Of a stretch of 64,000 nt of DNA, positions 51,996 through 64,000 are shown piece after piece. The position numbers and the translations under genes are program-made. Below the pieces are notes generated by a model. That model ran no database searches. It had not been told where the DNA came from and saw only the letters and a program-made list of their open reading frames with translations. The DNA lies in NCBI GenBank assembly GCA_951406725.2, contig OX597831.1:72664001-72728000 (forward strand), written 5' to 3'. The first letter of the stretch is position 1. Each line of letters starts with the position of its first letter. Source of the DNA: Octopus vulgaris (lineage: Eukaryota).

Positions 51996-52231
51996 CATAT
52001 ATATAAATATATATATACATACATATGTATGTGTGCGAGAGAGAGAGAAAGAAGGAAGGAGGAGGAGGAATGATCATGCTGAACTGGAGAGTGCAAATAA
52101 ATCACCAAACTGTGTATGCCAAAATATCAAAGCATTACAATAGTGACGGCTTCCAGTTGTTAACTCATTGACATATACATAACATACAAACACACAGAGA
52201 CAACACACCTGCATACATACAGGCACACACA

Positions 52232-52453
52232 CATGATCGGGCGCTGAAAAGTTCCTGGCTTTGTGTAAAAGAAAATACAGGAGGCTCAATTAATTATGAT
52301 TTTATTCAACATATTCCCCTTTCAGACTCCTGCACTATTGCAGCAGTCCTTCAGTTTTTCTAAGCCCTATAAAAGAACTCAGAAGGTGGGGCCTCCAGTT
52401 AGGCTTTTTGCAATACCCTTAAAACCAGAAACTTTTCATCCCCCACCTCGTAT
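52232..52453. mobile_element. Tc1/mariner-like MITE (uninterrupted copy of 20876-21173)
   Basis: ctgaaaagttcctggcttt / aaaaccagaaacttttca TIRs; the interior is collinear with the other copy. Confidence 0.75.
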
Positions 52454-52502
52454 ACACATACTAGTCACACACACACACCTATATACATATATGTATACAT
52501 AA

Positions 52503-52647
52503 TATTAGGTTGTCCCAAAAGTTCATAAACACTTACGAAAATTGAATTTTTACTTGCCAAGTACTAACAAAAACAACAAAAATTATTCCTCAAAATAAAG
52601 ACCATTATTTTCCAAGACTTTCTACAAACTTTTGGGACAACCTTATA
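52503..52647. mobile_element. Mariner-like MITE
   Basis: TIRs aggttgtcccaaaagtt / aacttttgggacaacct, flanked by TA. Confidence 0.8.
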
Positions 52648-52896
52648 TATACAGATGTACAAGCATATGTATACACCAACATATGCTGCCATACTGAGAA
52701 TGATTCACCACTACAACAGTGAAAAGACAGTCCACAAGAAAGGTAAACATACAAGAGTTATAATAACTGGAAGAGGTGAGGGGGGGGACAAATATTTAGA
52801 TTGATTATGGCTGGATTAATTAATGATTACATTACAACTATCAGCGTCACTAGTTAATTACTAACAGTCATAGTGTAATCAGTGGCTAACCTAATA

Positions 52897-52938
52897 ATAA
52901 CCTGAAGAGCTGACAAATGGTGAAACTAATAGTTGTAG
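52897..52938 (+). ncRNA. Degenerate type I hammerhead motif
   Basis: CUGAAGA-GCUG-ACAAA-UGGU-GAAA-CUAAUAG-UU-GUAG, with a near-palindromic helix III and a partial inverted copy at ~52829-52850. Confidence 0.45.
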
Positions 52939-53354
52939 TGTATGGTAAATGTCTAATATTCAGCTTTTTAATGAAATTATTAGAGTTTACATCATCTTAT
53001 ACAGTTCACTATTGTTTAAAATTACTTTGTTCCATCTTCTGCCTGACAGGCACTGGATTGAGTTAAATAAAAGGAATGCACTCAACAATTTGTATTGAGT
53101 ACTACTTCTTCCATTTGTGACTACAGACATGCAAGAGTGGTTGAATACTCCACAGACAGGTGTTCCCTTTAAAGAAATTCTCAGGTAGAATCAGCATGAT
53201 GCAGTGTGTAACAAGGCTGTACTGTCTGATTACAGATAGAATCTAATTCAAGGGCTTCCTTACAGTTTCCCTCTACTCAGTCTCATTAACAAGGTTCAGT
53301 CAATTCAAGGCTGTAAGAAATTCCATTTGTCCATACTGAGTCTACCAACAGATA

Positions 53355-53409
<55 letters not shown>

Positions 53410-55305
53410 TGCACAAATATCAATGTTTTTGATTTATCACAATACTAATGAAGTGGAATGGTTTACAAAAAAGACTTTTCTTTTCCCCTTCCTACTTTTT
53501 TTCTTTATATTTTTCTTCATCCATCTTTCAAAAGAAGAATGAAAAAATTTTAAACTATCATAAAATTAAAGATCTTCATTTTCCTTCTAATTCCTTGTTT
53601 TTTTTTTTAATTATTGTTTAAACTCAGTGATTTTTCTCTTTTTCTCTTTTTCTCTTTGCCTTTTCATTTTTCTTACTTTTTGATTTTGTTTTCTTTCAAC
53701 ATCAATTTTTACTGAAGAAGAAGAAAAAATCAAAAATAGAAGACAAAAATGAAGAAATAGAAAGGAAAAAAAGGAGGAGACAATAAGACAGTAGAAGAAA
53801 GAAGAAAAGAGAAAACAAAAGTAAAAACTACGGCACAGACAATCGAAGACATCTTCTGGCAAAATGGCTGAGATAATCAGGGGTAATGAAGAAGGAGAGA
53901 AGGAGAGTAATACTCATTGGAAATCAGATTTCAGAGAAAATGGTTTTCATTTCCAAACAGCATTCATTTGGAAACGAAAAGTCGATACAACAGACATGAA
54001 CGACATCTATGGAATCGTGCTTAATCCTTGGTTAGTTGTTGCAAAGAATTTAATTTAATGGATTTCAAATTACTCTTTGGTTTTGAGAGAGAGAGAGAGA
54101 AGAATGAGAAAGAAGACATTCAGCAGTGAAGAGAATAAATAAAATAAATAAATACATACATAAAGAAACTAAAGAATCGATAATAAAAGAATCTTACTAA
54201 TTTATAACAGTGTGTTATTTGTTAGGGGGGGAAAAAATACCAAAGTAAGAAATAATGTTGTAATTGGAACTTCAAGCATTATCCACACAGTATTATTACC
54301 ACTGACACTGTATTGCTGATACAGCATTGTCAATAATGTAGACTTGCAGACACAGCATTATAAACACAGCCTTGTCAATAACATTATAGACATAACATTG
54401 TCAACGACATGATCTTATTGACACAGCATTATCCTCGACATGATCAACACAGACTTGCCCAGAGGCAGTATATGCAATACTGAAGAAGTATGCACACAAA
54501 CTTATCGATACAACACTATCTGAGAGCAGGACCTGTATTATACACCACACAACCTACCCTAACTAGACACCGATATTTAAGCATTGTCTAAACCTGATTA
54601 GAGTACCTAAGAGGAAAACCAAACAATACCAAAGAAAGACTAAGATATGAGAAATTCACAATCAAGCATAACATATATGCATTATCATCATCAGCTGCCA
54701 AACAGATATCACTATAGTTTTGACACAATTTTGAAGCAGATAAACAGCATCATTGACACAGTGTTGAAAGTGTATGTGTGCACATGTATAAATGTGTCTC
54801 TGTAATATATACATGTGTGCACAAGTACACACATGTACATAGGGTACACTAATTAGGTATGTTCCCCCCCCTCTCTCTCTCACTCTCTCTTTCTCTCCTT
54901 TAACCCTTAAAAGCTAGAGTTTACTTTCGCCACTGTACTTTGGAAAAATTAAAAAGTGGGAGGGAACCAATAAATCGTGAATGTTTTAGGTTGAGTTAAG
55001 GTAAATATAGGAAACTTAAATGACTAAGGATCTGGTGGGCAAATAGAATTGGTAATTCATCAGAAAATATGGGAGGTAGATGACAGAATTGGTCAAGAGA
55101 CACAGCTATAAAAGCTCATAATGCAGTGGGTAAAAAAAAATCTCCTTGGACACTGAGCTACAATAGCAGAATGTGGTAAGGTGGGTTGGAACCTACTTCA
55201 GTTTAAAAGGTTTTTATTAGCAGGAGGACATCTCTGACTCCTCCAGGTATGAGGCAAGAAATAGATGTAAAGCACCTCTACTTTACTCCCTGGAGAAGAC
55301 ACATA

Positions 55306-55640
55306 GGTGCAGATGTGGTTGTGTGGTAAGAAGATTGCTTACCAATCACATGGTTTCGGGTTCAGTCTCACTGTGTGGCACCTTGGGCAAGTGTCTTCTA
55401 CTATAGCCTCTGGCCAGCCAAAGCCTTGTGAGAGGATTTGTTAGATGGAAACTGAAAGAAGCCCACCACTCTGTGTGTGTGTGTCCCACCACCACTTGAC
55501 AACCAGTGTTGGTGTGTTTATGTCCCTGTAACTTAGCAGTTCAGCAAAAGAAAACTAAACAAATCCTGGAGTTGATTCATTCAACTAAAAATTCTTGAAG
55601 GTGGTGCCCCAGCATGGCCACAGTCTAATGTAAAGGATGA
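55306..55640 (+). mobile_element. SINE family A, older copy
   Basis: Collinear with family A. Confidence 0.78.
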
Positions 55641-55959
55641 CGGATAAATACTACATGAGTACTCAGTACTCCTAGCTAACCAACAAGAACCACATTGCTC
55701 TCAATACTAAACAGTCACAAACTGTTGGTATTTAGCCCAAGGTGAACCTTGATCAAGCAGCTCATCTTATCTAGGTCGTCCCATAGAACACCTCTCATAG
55801 GGGTTTCAGTTGCACATACTATAGGAGTCACATGGTGCTGCTCCATGAGGTCCCACAATTTCCATCTAACTAAGAATATTAGGGTCTCATCCATTGTCTT
55901 GTATTCAAGATCCTCTGCATGACATCCTCCTAATTCAAAGCCAGGAATCTGATCTGTTA

Positions 55960-56120
55960 GGCCCCCTGCCGATAACTAAATCCACGCCCTGCTGCCGACG
56001 CTTCAATTTATTGTCGTTAAGGTTTTGTCTGTCTCCTACCCTTTGATCTGTCTGGCCTGGTAAGACCTGCCTGAAGATTTCTCTCCTTCCAGCATAGCTC
56101 TCCAGATCAATGGAGCTCTA
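55960..56120 (-). mobile_element. Possible RTE LINE 5' UTR fragment
   Basis: Minus strand gagagctatgctggaagg...caggcaggtcttaccaggccagacagatcaaagggtaggagacagac resembles remembered RTE-clade 5' UTR sequence. Confidence 0.4.
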
Positions 56121-56793
56121 TGATCAAAAGATCTTCCATCCATGACTGATTTGTCTTTTTCTATGCCAGTGACTACACAGGCTGATATATCCTCCTTTAT
56201 TTAAGAAGTCAGGGTGTAATTTGACTGCTATTTCTAGAACATAGAGTAATACCTTTTTCACTCAGTGGTTGTGTTTGGCTGATAATATTTACCTCATTCA
56301 AAATGGCAAACCAGCAGAATCATTAGCACACCAGGTAGAATGCTCAGCATCATTCTGTCCATCTTTATGTTCTGAGTTCAAATTCTGTTGAGGTCAACTT
56401 CATCTTTCATCCTTTCAGGGTCAATGAAATAAATACCAGTTGAGCGCTGGGGTTGATATAATCGATTTATTCCCTCTCCCCAAAACTGCTGGCCTTGTGC
56501 CAAAACTGGAAATCAATATTTACCTCATTCACTGCTCAACAGCAGCTCCCACTATCACCTACTACTACTGCCACTACTGCAATTATTTCTATCACCACAA
56601 ACCACCTCTGCTATTGTAACTACTACTACCACAGTTACCACCAACTCTACAATCACATCAACTATTACCACCTTCCTACAACTACTACTACTACTACTAC
56701 AATACTTATTGTTTAGGATTATCAACTCTGAAGTCCCTATCCCTCCCTAATTACCTCCTAACTTTCAAACAACACTCAAGGCATACGACTCAC

Positions 56794-56950
56794 CTGACCG
56801 AAACAAATTTCTTATTTTGGACACGGATCATAGAATAAATGGTCAGCGTTAGACTCAAAGACAGCGTTGAGTTGGAAAACATGATGTGAGAATGAAAGAG
56901 AGCAAGCGAATGTCTAAATATAGCCGATTGGTTAATTCTAGCCAATTGAA
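56794..56950 (-). promoter_or_regulatory. Candidate promoter and non-coding first exon, possibly of the PLEKHA-like gene
   Basis: Consensus donor CAG|GTGAGT on minus at 56794/56793. Two CCAAT boxes in opposite orientation (ATTGG 56927-56931, CCAAT 56942-56946). The island is non-repetitive and keeps several CpGs. No transcript evidence. Confidence 0.4.
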
Positions 56951-57399
56951 TAATGGTCAAAGTAGATTAGTTTGTTTGAAGACAATCTGGTTCCAATTAC
57001 AGACAGACGATGAAGAAACCATTCCAAAGCGATTCCAGTGGTCTTCTCTTTGAAACGAGCAATTTAAACCACATATAGCAGTACTGCTTCAAATGGTTAC
57101 ATTTGGAGTGACACGGGGTCATCGTTCAATTATATTTCAGCTATTTTCAGTTGGCATCAAATTATGGCATCGGTGAGAAAGAATTTCTATTTCACTAATT
57201 GGGTTTCGATTCTTTGAAATTTCAATTCAATCACCATCATTATCAAATTATGTTTATCATACACAAACTTATCTCTCTGTCTACCTATAAATCTATCCTA
57301 TCTGTTGGATTATCTCCCTTTCTATCTATCTAGCAGCCACACAAACACACACATGGTTGCTGTATAGACAGAGAGGGGGACAGACAGACAGACAGATAT

Positions 57400-57633
57400 A
57401 TATATTTCTTTACTACCCACAAGGGGCAAAACATAGAGGGGACAAACAAGGACAGACAAAGGGAGTAAGTCGATTACATCGACCCCAGTGCGAAGCTAGT
57501 ACTTTATTTATCGACCCCGAAAGGATGAAAGGCAAAGTCGACCTCGGCGGAATTTGAACTCAGAATGTAACGACAGACGAAATACCGCTAAGCATTTCGC
57601 CCGGCGCGCTAACGTTTCTGCCAGCTCGCCGCC
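57400..57633 (-). mobile_element. SINE family B
   Basis: Full reverse-complement copy. Confidence 0.85.
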
Positions 57634-57861
57634 CTATATAGACAGATATATATATGTTGATAGATTTACAGGTAGACAGACAGACAGACAGATAGCTACA
57701 AGCATGGCTGTGTGGTTAAGCAATTCACTTTCCAAATACATGGTTTCAAGTTCAATCATGGTATGTGGCACCTTGGGCAAGTTTCTTCTTCTATAACCCC
57801 AAGTTGATCAAATCCTTGTGAGAGGATTTGCTAGACAAAAGGTGAAAAAAAAAAGGCCTGT

Positions 57862-57895
<34 letters not shown>

Positions 57896-58344
57896 CATAT
57901 ATTTATATGTATGTGCATAGTTTTGTATCCGTCCATGCTTCTCGAAGGCCCTTGTCGATGGTTCAGAGGGCCAGGCCCTTCTGACACATTTCAATACGTC
58001 CCCACTTAGTTTCTGATGACCCAATTTCATTCTCAGAGCATTGGTCAAGCTGAGGCTGTGGCAGAAGAGACCCAAAGGGTCATTCTGGGATTGAACCAGG
58101 AACTACATAGTTGTAAAGTAAAGTTCTTAACCACACAACTAAACCTGCATTTTATTCTTTTACATGTTTCAGTCATTTGACTGCAGCCATGCTGGAGCAC
58201 CAACTTAAGAATTATCCATGATTTTTTAATACTGTGATTTCTTTAAGTGTGTTTCTTAATGTGTTCTGGAGACAGCATCAAGTGAATATATATTTTTTCT
58301 TTACTAATTTCAGTTAGACAGCCATGGCCATACTGGGGCACCAC

Positions 58345-58555
58345 TGTTCAGAACGCCATGTTGGATCGTTAGCTCCTGCATGCATTTTTTTTTCTCTCCT
58401 TGTTTCTTTTCTGTGTATCTTTCTGTCGAAGAGCATAGGCTCGAAACGTAAAAGACTTGTTCTATTTCTATTCCTGAGCGCCATACTAATACAATTGTTT
58501 GTTTGTACTCCACCTGCCTTCGTCTTTTGTTTATTTTCGTAAACCTTCCCGTTAT
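58345..58555 (+). mobile_element. Penelope/retrozyme-like fragment with minimal hammerhead
   Basis: UCUUU-CUGUCGA-A-GAGC-AUAG-GCUC-GAAA-CGUA-AAAGA at 58418-58455; the fragment ends in (TA)n. Confidence 0.68.
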
Positions 58556-59089
58556 ATATATATATATATATATATATAAATATATATATATATTGTTCAA
58601 TGTACACTGTATTAGAATAAGAGCTACAAATGGTTTCTTGCCATTGAGCGACATGGCATGTTATAAAAATTTGCCTAACCATGTGAAAAATGGTAAGAAA
58701 CTATTAGTAACACTTATTTTAAATACATTAAACGATATTTATCTCTCATTGGATAGAGTAGGTTTTTTTTTGTTGAGCCTACCATAATGCAACAGTAAAC
58801 TATATATATATATACACACACACACATACACACACATATAGAGTGAGACTATTTAGAGATAATTGCTGCAATACTGAAGGCCCTCCAAGTTATGGGTCAG
58901 AGGCCATCTCTGTACGTAATCAGTAAAACTCTAATCTGTACAGATTGTACTTAGCACATTTGCAACTGAAGATAAGAAAGCAGAGGAGGTGTTTTGATAA
59001 AAGCCAGTTAACCAGCCACATTAAAAAACGTTCATGCCACCATTAGCAATCATTAGTTATCTATTATTACTATTATTATTATTATTAGA

Positions 59090-59320
59090 AGGCGGCGAGC
59101 TGGCAGAATCGTTAGCACGCCAGGCGAAATGCTTTGCGGTATTTTGTCTGCCGTTATGTTCTGAGTTCAAATTCCGCCGAGGTCGACTTTGCCTTTCATC
59201 CTTTCGGGGTCGATAAATTAAATACCAGTTACGCACTGGGGTTGATGTAACCTACTTAATCTCTTTGTCTGTCCTTGTTTGTCTCCTCTATGTTTAGCCC
59301 CTTGTGGGCAGTAAAGAATC
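59090..59320 (+). mobile_element. SINE family B
   Basis: Full copy in a (TTA)n context. Confidence 0.85.
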
Positions 59321-59791
59321 TTATTATTATTATTATAAAGTTGGAGGTGTCTGAAAATACATCTTTGTATGTATCTTAATCCTGTAAACTTCCACTTCAT
59401 CATCTCCAATGGTTATCCTTTTAACATTCAAACTATTTTTAAATGTCTGAGAGGAGTTCTTATGACCAACATTTCAACGTTCTGCTCTATCAACCTCGTC
59501 GTTCAAATGTACATTTTATAATATCTACAATATATGCGTTTACATCATGCTTCAGTTGGTTTGTTCCCCAAATGTATTTTGTTCCTAGAACATTTGAGCA
59601 AGGTTGTTGCCAGTGCCACTGGACTTGCTCCTGTGCAGGTGGTACATAAAAAGCACCATTTGAGCTTGGTACATAAAAGCACCGGTGGTACATAAAAGCA
59701 CCCACTACACTCTCGGAGTGGTTCGCGTTAGGAACGGCATCCAGCTGTAGAAACTCTGCCAAATCAAGATTGGAGTCTGGTGCAGCCATCT

Positions 59792-60031
59792 TTTTTTTTT
59801 GTTTCTTTACTACCCACAAGGGGCTAAACATAGAGGAGACAAACAAGGACAGACAAACGGATTAAGTCGATTACATCGGCCCCAGTGCGTAACTCGTACT
59901 TAATTTATCGACCCCGAAAGGATGAAAGGCAAAGTCGACCTCGGCGGAATTTGAACTCAGAACTTAGCGACGGGCGAAATACCGCGAAGCACTTCGCCCG
60001 GCATGCTAACGTCTCTGCCAGCTCGCCGCCA
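59792..60031 (-). mobile_element. SINE family B inserted in an RTE 3' end, 16-bp TSD
   Basis: tctggtgcagccatct at 59776-59791 and 60032-60047, with an A-tail (T-run on plus). The host element spans about 59590-60123. Confidence 0.9.
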
Positions 60032-60757
60032 TCTGGTGCAGCCATCTGGTTCGCCAGACCTCGGTCAAATCATCCATCTCATGCTAACATGGAAAGCAGA
60101 TGTTAAACAATGATGATAATGATGGTGTGAACATGGTATCCTGTGGCTAAGACATTCAGAAGAGGGCTAACCCCAAGCCATGTGTCTCACACAAAGCTGC
60201 TTTTGTGTAGACATGCCCTGATGTCATGCCAAGTTTGGCCCACAAGCATAAGTTCATGGGTTCAATTCCTGGAATAAGTAGTATGGTGTATTTTTGAGTA
60301 AGCACATCATTTCATGTTGCTTCAGTTTGGTCGGCTGAAAATGAGGACCAGCCAATTGCTGATGCAGCCCCCTCTCTTCCTGCCACCCCAGCTGTCACAT
60401 TCTGGATGTTCCACCAGATGGGTGGGACTGAGGGCCATGAAGGTGCCCACGGCTACTCAAAACTACAAAGGCGATTTGAAACAAACAGAAGAAACAAACT
60501 ACATGCTGCCACGTTGCCATGTCCCATACACATTCGCGAATCATGGCTATGGACATAGACATCTTCAATATTCTTTATGCATGTTAAATGAATAAAATAC
60601 CAACTTCATGCTTCCTGTTAGTCTCTTATATTCGATACGCTCTTCATACCATGTAACAGCCCTATACTAGTAGCGGTTCCTCTACTAGGTGATGTTACTA
60701 GGAACTGCAACCAATGTGGTAACGTGGGGCACCTAGCACATCCGTTCCCACTTGACA

Positions 60758-61150
60758 TGCAAGAGTGGCTGTGTGGTAAGAAGCTTGATTCCCAACCACA
60801 TAGTTCCAGGTTCGGTCCTACTACATGGCATCTTGGGCAAGTACATTCTGCTCTAGCCTCAGGCTGACCAACACCTTGTGAGTGGATTTAGTAGAAGAAA
60901 ATTAAAAGAAGCCTGTTGTGTGTGTGTGTGTGTGTGTGTGAGTGTTTATTCCACCCCCCAACCTATCAGCACCACTTGACAACAAGTGTTAATGTGTTTA
61001 CATTCCTATAACTTAACGGTTTGGCAAAAGAGACTGACAAAATAAGCACCAGACTTAGAAAATAAAAAGAGTGTTGGGATCGATTCATTCAACTAAAATT
61101 CTTCAAGACAGTGCCCCAGCATGACCACAGTCTAATGACTGAAACAAGTG
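60758..61150 (+). mobile_element. SINE family A, older copy
   Basis: Collinear with family A. Confidence 0.78.
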
Positions 61151-61261
61151 AAACAACACACACACACACACACACACATACAGAGAGAGAGAGAAATGTT
61201 TGAAATGCTACAAATAGTGGAGTGCACACACACACACACATGCACCCTAAATAATATTCTT

Positions 61262-61655
61262 TTCTTTTCTACTTTAGGTACAAAACCCGAAATTTTGGGG
61301 GAGGTGGGGCAGTCAATTAGATCGACCCAATATGCAACTGGTACTTAATTTATCGACCCCGAAGGGACGAAAGGCATAGTCAACCTAGGCAGAATTTCAA
61401 CTCAGAACATAAAGACAGACGAAATACCTATTTCTTTACTACCCACAAGGGGCTAAACACAGAGAGGACAAACAAGGACAGACAAATGGATTAAGTCGAT
61501 TATATCGACCCCAATGTATAACTGGTACTTAATTTATTGACCCCGAAAGGATGAAAGGCAAAGTCGACCTCGGCGGAATTTGAACTCAGAACGCAGACGT
61601 AATACCGCTAAGCATTTCGCCCGGCATGCTAACGTCTCTGCCAGCTCCCACCACC
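61262..61655 (-). mobile_element. Tandem dimer of SINE family B
   Basis: Same junction (gacgaaatacc|tatttctttac) as the tetramer at 43340-44120. Confidence 0.8.
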
Positions 61656-62186
61656 TTACACACAAAATAATATTAAATGAAGTGCGCACAGTTCTGTTTC
61701 TTGTACTAAATGTTTCTATCACAGAATGTCCGCAAAAGAGAGAATAAACGAGGTTTGCGAAAATGTCAATGTTGCTATTTTACAGCTGATTAGCTGTCTT
61801 AATGTTCATTTTCAATTTAATTAGCAACAATTACATCTCTGAACACTGAAGTAATCAATTTTAATTAAGCTGGTCGCTGCACATTTGCATGTGAATGCAA
61901 TAAACTAACGAAATATCATTTGAAATTAGCAGCTTTATTTTTACAGTTAGCTAATTAAAAAAATATAATTAGGACAGCTACAAAGATAACATTCAAACCT
62001 TTTGTGCTCTCGTAACTTTTTGTAGGTTTTAAGTGAAATGGGTTTATAAAAATAACTCATAAACAATATAGTAGCTTATTTATATATAGTGCTATCATCA
62101 TCATCATCATCACCACCATCATCATATATATAGACATACATATACATGTATATATACATAGATACAAATATAAACACACATCTACT

Positions 62187-62244
<58 letters not shown>

Positions 62245-62617
62245 ATGCACATGCATACATACATTTCCCAGTACATGTATGCACACATACACATATATAT
62301 ATATACCAACATACATATGCATGTATATGTAAGTGTTTGTGTATACACACACACATACCAACATACATATATCCACATATAATGCATGCATATAATATAT
62401 ATATATATATGTGTGTGTATGTGTATGTATGTATGTTAGGTAGACAGACAGACGGACGGACGGACGGATGGATGGATGGATACATTGCATTGTATATACA
62501 TACATAAAATATATGTAATGTATATACATATGTATACAGACACTGAATGTTTAACACTGAACTATGAGAATAGTGAAAGGGCAAACCTATTACATGCCAG
62601 TAGCCTTTACTAGTTAG

Positions 62618-62648
<31 letters not shown>

Positions 62649-62965
62649 GGTGGTGGTGGTGTTAACCTGACATTCTTTAATCCAACATCCTTTGACAATA
62701 AACTCGAGAAGTTATGCTACAGAATCACCATAGATTACAACACCTAACATTTACTGGACAGATTTGGGTTTGGTAAACAAGGAATGGTAGCAGCAGAATG
62801 GCACCAAACTGGAGATATGTTCTTTAAAAGAAAATATATATAAAATGCAATTTTTTAAAAATCAGTTTTCAAACCCTGTTTCATGGAATTTTTATAAAAT
62901 TTCACAAAATAATGACTACAATTCCTTACTAATAATAACCTTTGTATAATAACAGCTGCCAATAT

Positions 62966-63137
62966 AGGCACAGGAGTGGCTGTGTGGTAAGTAGCTTGCT
63001 TACCAACTACATGGTTCCGTGTTCAGTCCCACTGCGTGGCATCTTGGGCAAGTGTCTTCTACTATAGCCTCAGGCCGACCAATGCCTTGTGAGTGGATTT
63101 GGTAGACGGAAACTGAAAGAAGCCTGTCGTATATATG

Positions 63138-63168
<31 letters not shown>

Positions 63169-63357
63169 TTGACCCCCTAGCATTGCTTGACAACCGATGC
63201 TGGTGTGCTTACGTCCCCGTCACTTAGCGGTTCGGCAAAAGAGACCGATAGAATAAGTACTGTGCTTACAAAGAATAAGTCCCGGGGGTCGATTTGCTCG
63301 ACTAAAGGCGGTGCTCCAGCATGGCCACAGTCAAATGACTGAAACAAGTAAAAGAGT
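62966..63357 (+). mobile_element. SINE family A, full length
   Basis: Complete match to the family. Confidence 0.87.
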
Positions 63358-63680
63358 AATATAAATGTTGCTTGCTTTGCTGGTTGGTTGATTTCCCCAG
63401 TCACAATTTACATTGTATAGAGAAATGGGGAGAGAATTAACAGAAGAGGTCCAGGGTTAGCGCACATACTAAGCTTGGTGGTAGGCAATGATAATTTTCA
63501 GAAAAAATACTCTTTTTTTTGTTTTTAATGAAACTTTGTAGAGATAGGTTTTCAATAGAGGAGATTGTGATTATGTTGATAAAAGTTAGAAAAATAGTAG
63601 CATGTATTTATTGCAAATATACAAACGAGAAATTTGTTTTAATTTTATTTTGTGGTAATGAATACTTTTCTTTTAAAAAT

Positions 63681-64000
63681 TAGGAATGGCTTGCTGTGTG
63701 GTAAGAAGCTTGCTTACGAACAACATGGTTCCGGGTTCAGTCCCACTGCGTGGCACCATGGGCAAGTGTCTTCTACTATAGCCTCGGGCCGACCAAAGCC
63801 TTGTGAGTGGATTTGGTAGATGGAAACTGAAAGAAGCCCGTCATATATATGTATATATGTATGTGTGTATGTATGTTTGTGTGTCTGTGTTTGTACCCCC
63901 AACAGCACTTGACAACCGATGCTGGTGTGTTTATGTCCCTGTAACTTAGTGGTTCAGCAAAGAGACCAATAGAATAAGTACTAAGCTTACAAAGAATAAG
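63681..64000 (+). mobile_element. SINE family A (runs off window)
   Basis: Head and body match the family. Confidence 0.85.

Noticed and set aside
53560-54060. T-rich then A-rich tract and a 64-aa plus-strand ORF
   Set aside because: Pairing is low-complexity only and the ORF has no recognisable homology or splice signals. It could be UTR, but nothing supports that.
54915-55070. Minus-strand CUGAUGA…GAAAGUAAACUC hammerhead candidate
   Set aside because: About 120 nt separate the core halves and there is no helix I or helix II pairing.

Overview
Eukaryotic, AT-rich, microsatellite- and repeat-dense DNA, most consistent with an Octopus genome (the dominant repeats resemble octopus tRNA-derived SINEs and RTE LINE 3' ends, recognised from memory). 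The only protein-coding gene I can support is a PLEKHA1/PLEKHA2 (TAPP-like, tandem PH domain) homolog on the minus strand. It has three coding exons (32436-32576, 8847-8906, 3055-3100) with GT donors, AG acceptors on the two internal exons, and exon boundaries matching the vertebrate gene; the rest runs off the left edge. A candidate non-coding first exon and promoter sits near 56.8-57.0 kb. Nearly all other ORFs in the track are artefacts of microsatellites and repeats, apart from a decayed mariner transposase and an RTE ORF C-terminus. The most interesting structure is at the RNA level. First, several short, mostly (TA)n-associated Penelope/retrozyme-like fragments carry minimal type I hammerhead ribozyme motifs: one has an intact core in the sense strand of the PLEKHA intron, and one lies inside a near-perfect 108-bp palindrome. 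Second, RTE 3' UTRs carry variable-copy arrays of a ~60-nt unit that can fold into a hairpin plus an H-type pseudoknot. Third, there is a 5S rRNA-derived fragment fused to another element. All structures were folded by eye and none was tested. Repeat boundaries are approximate unless termini or TSDs are quoted.
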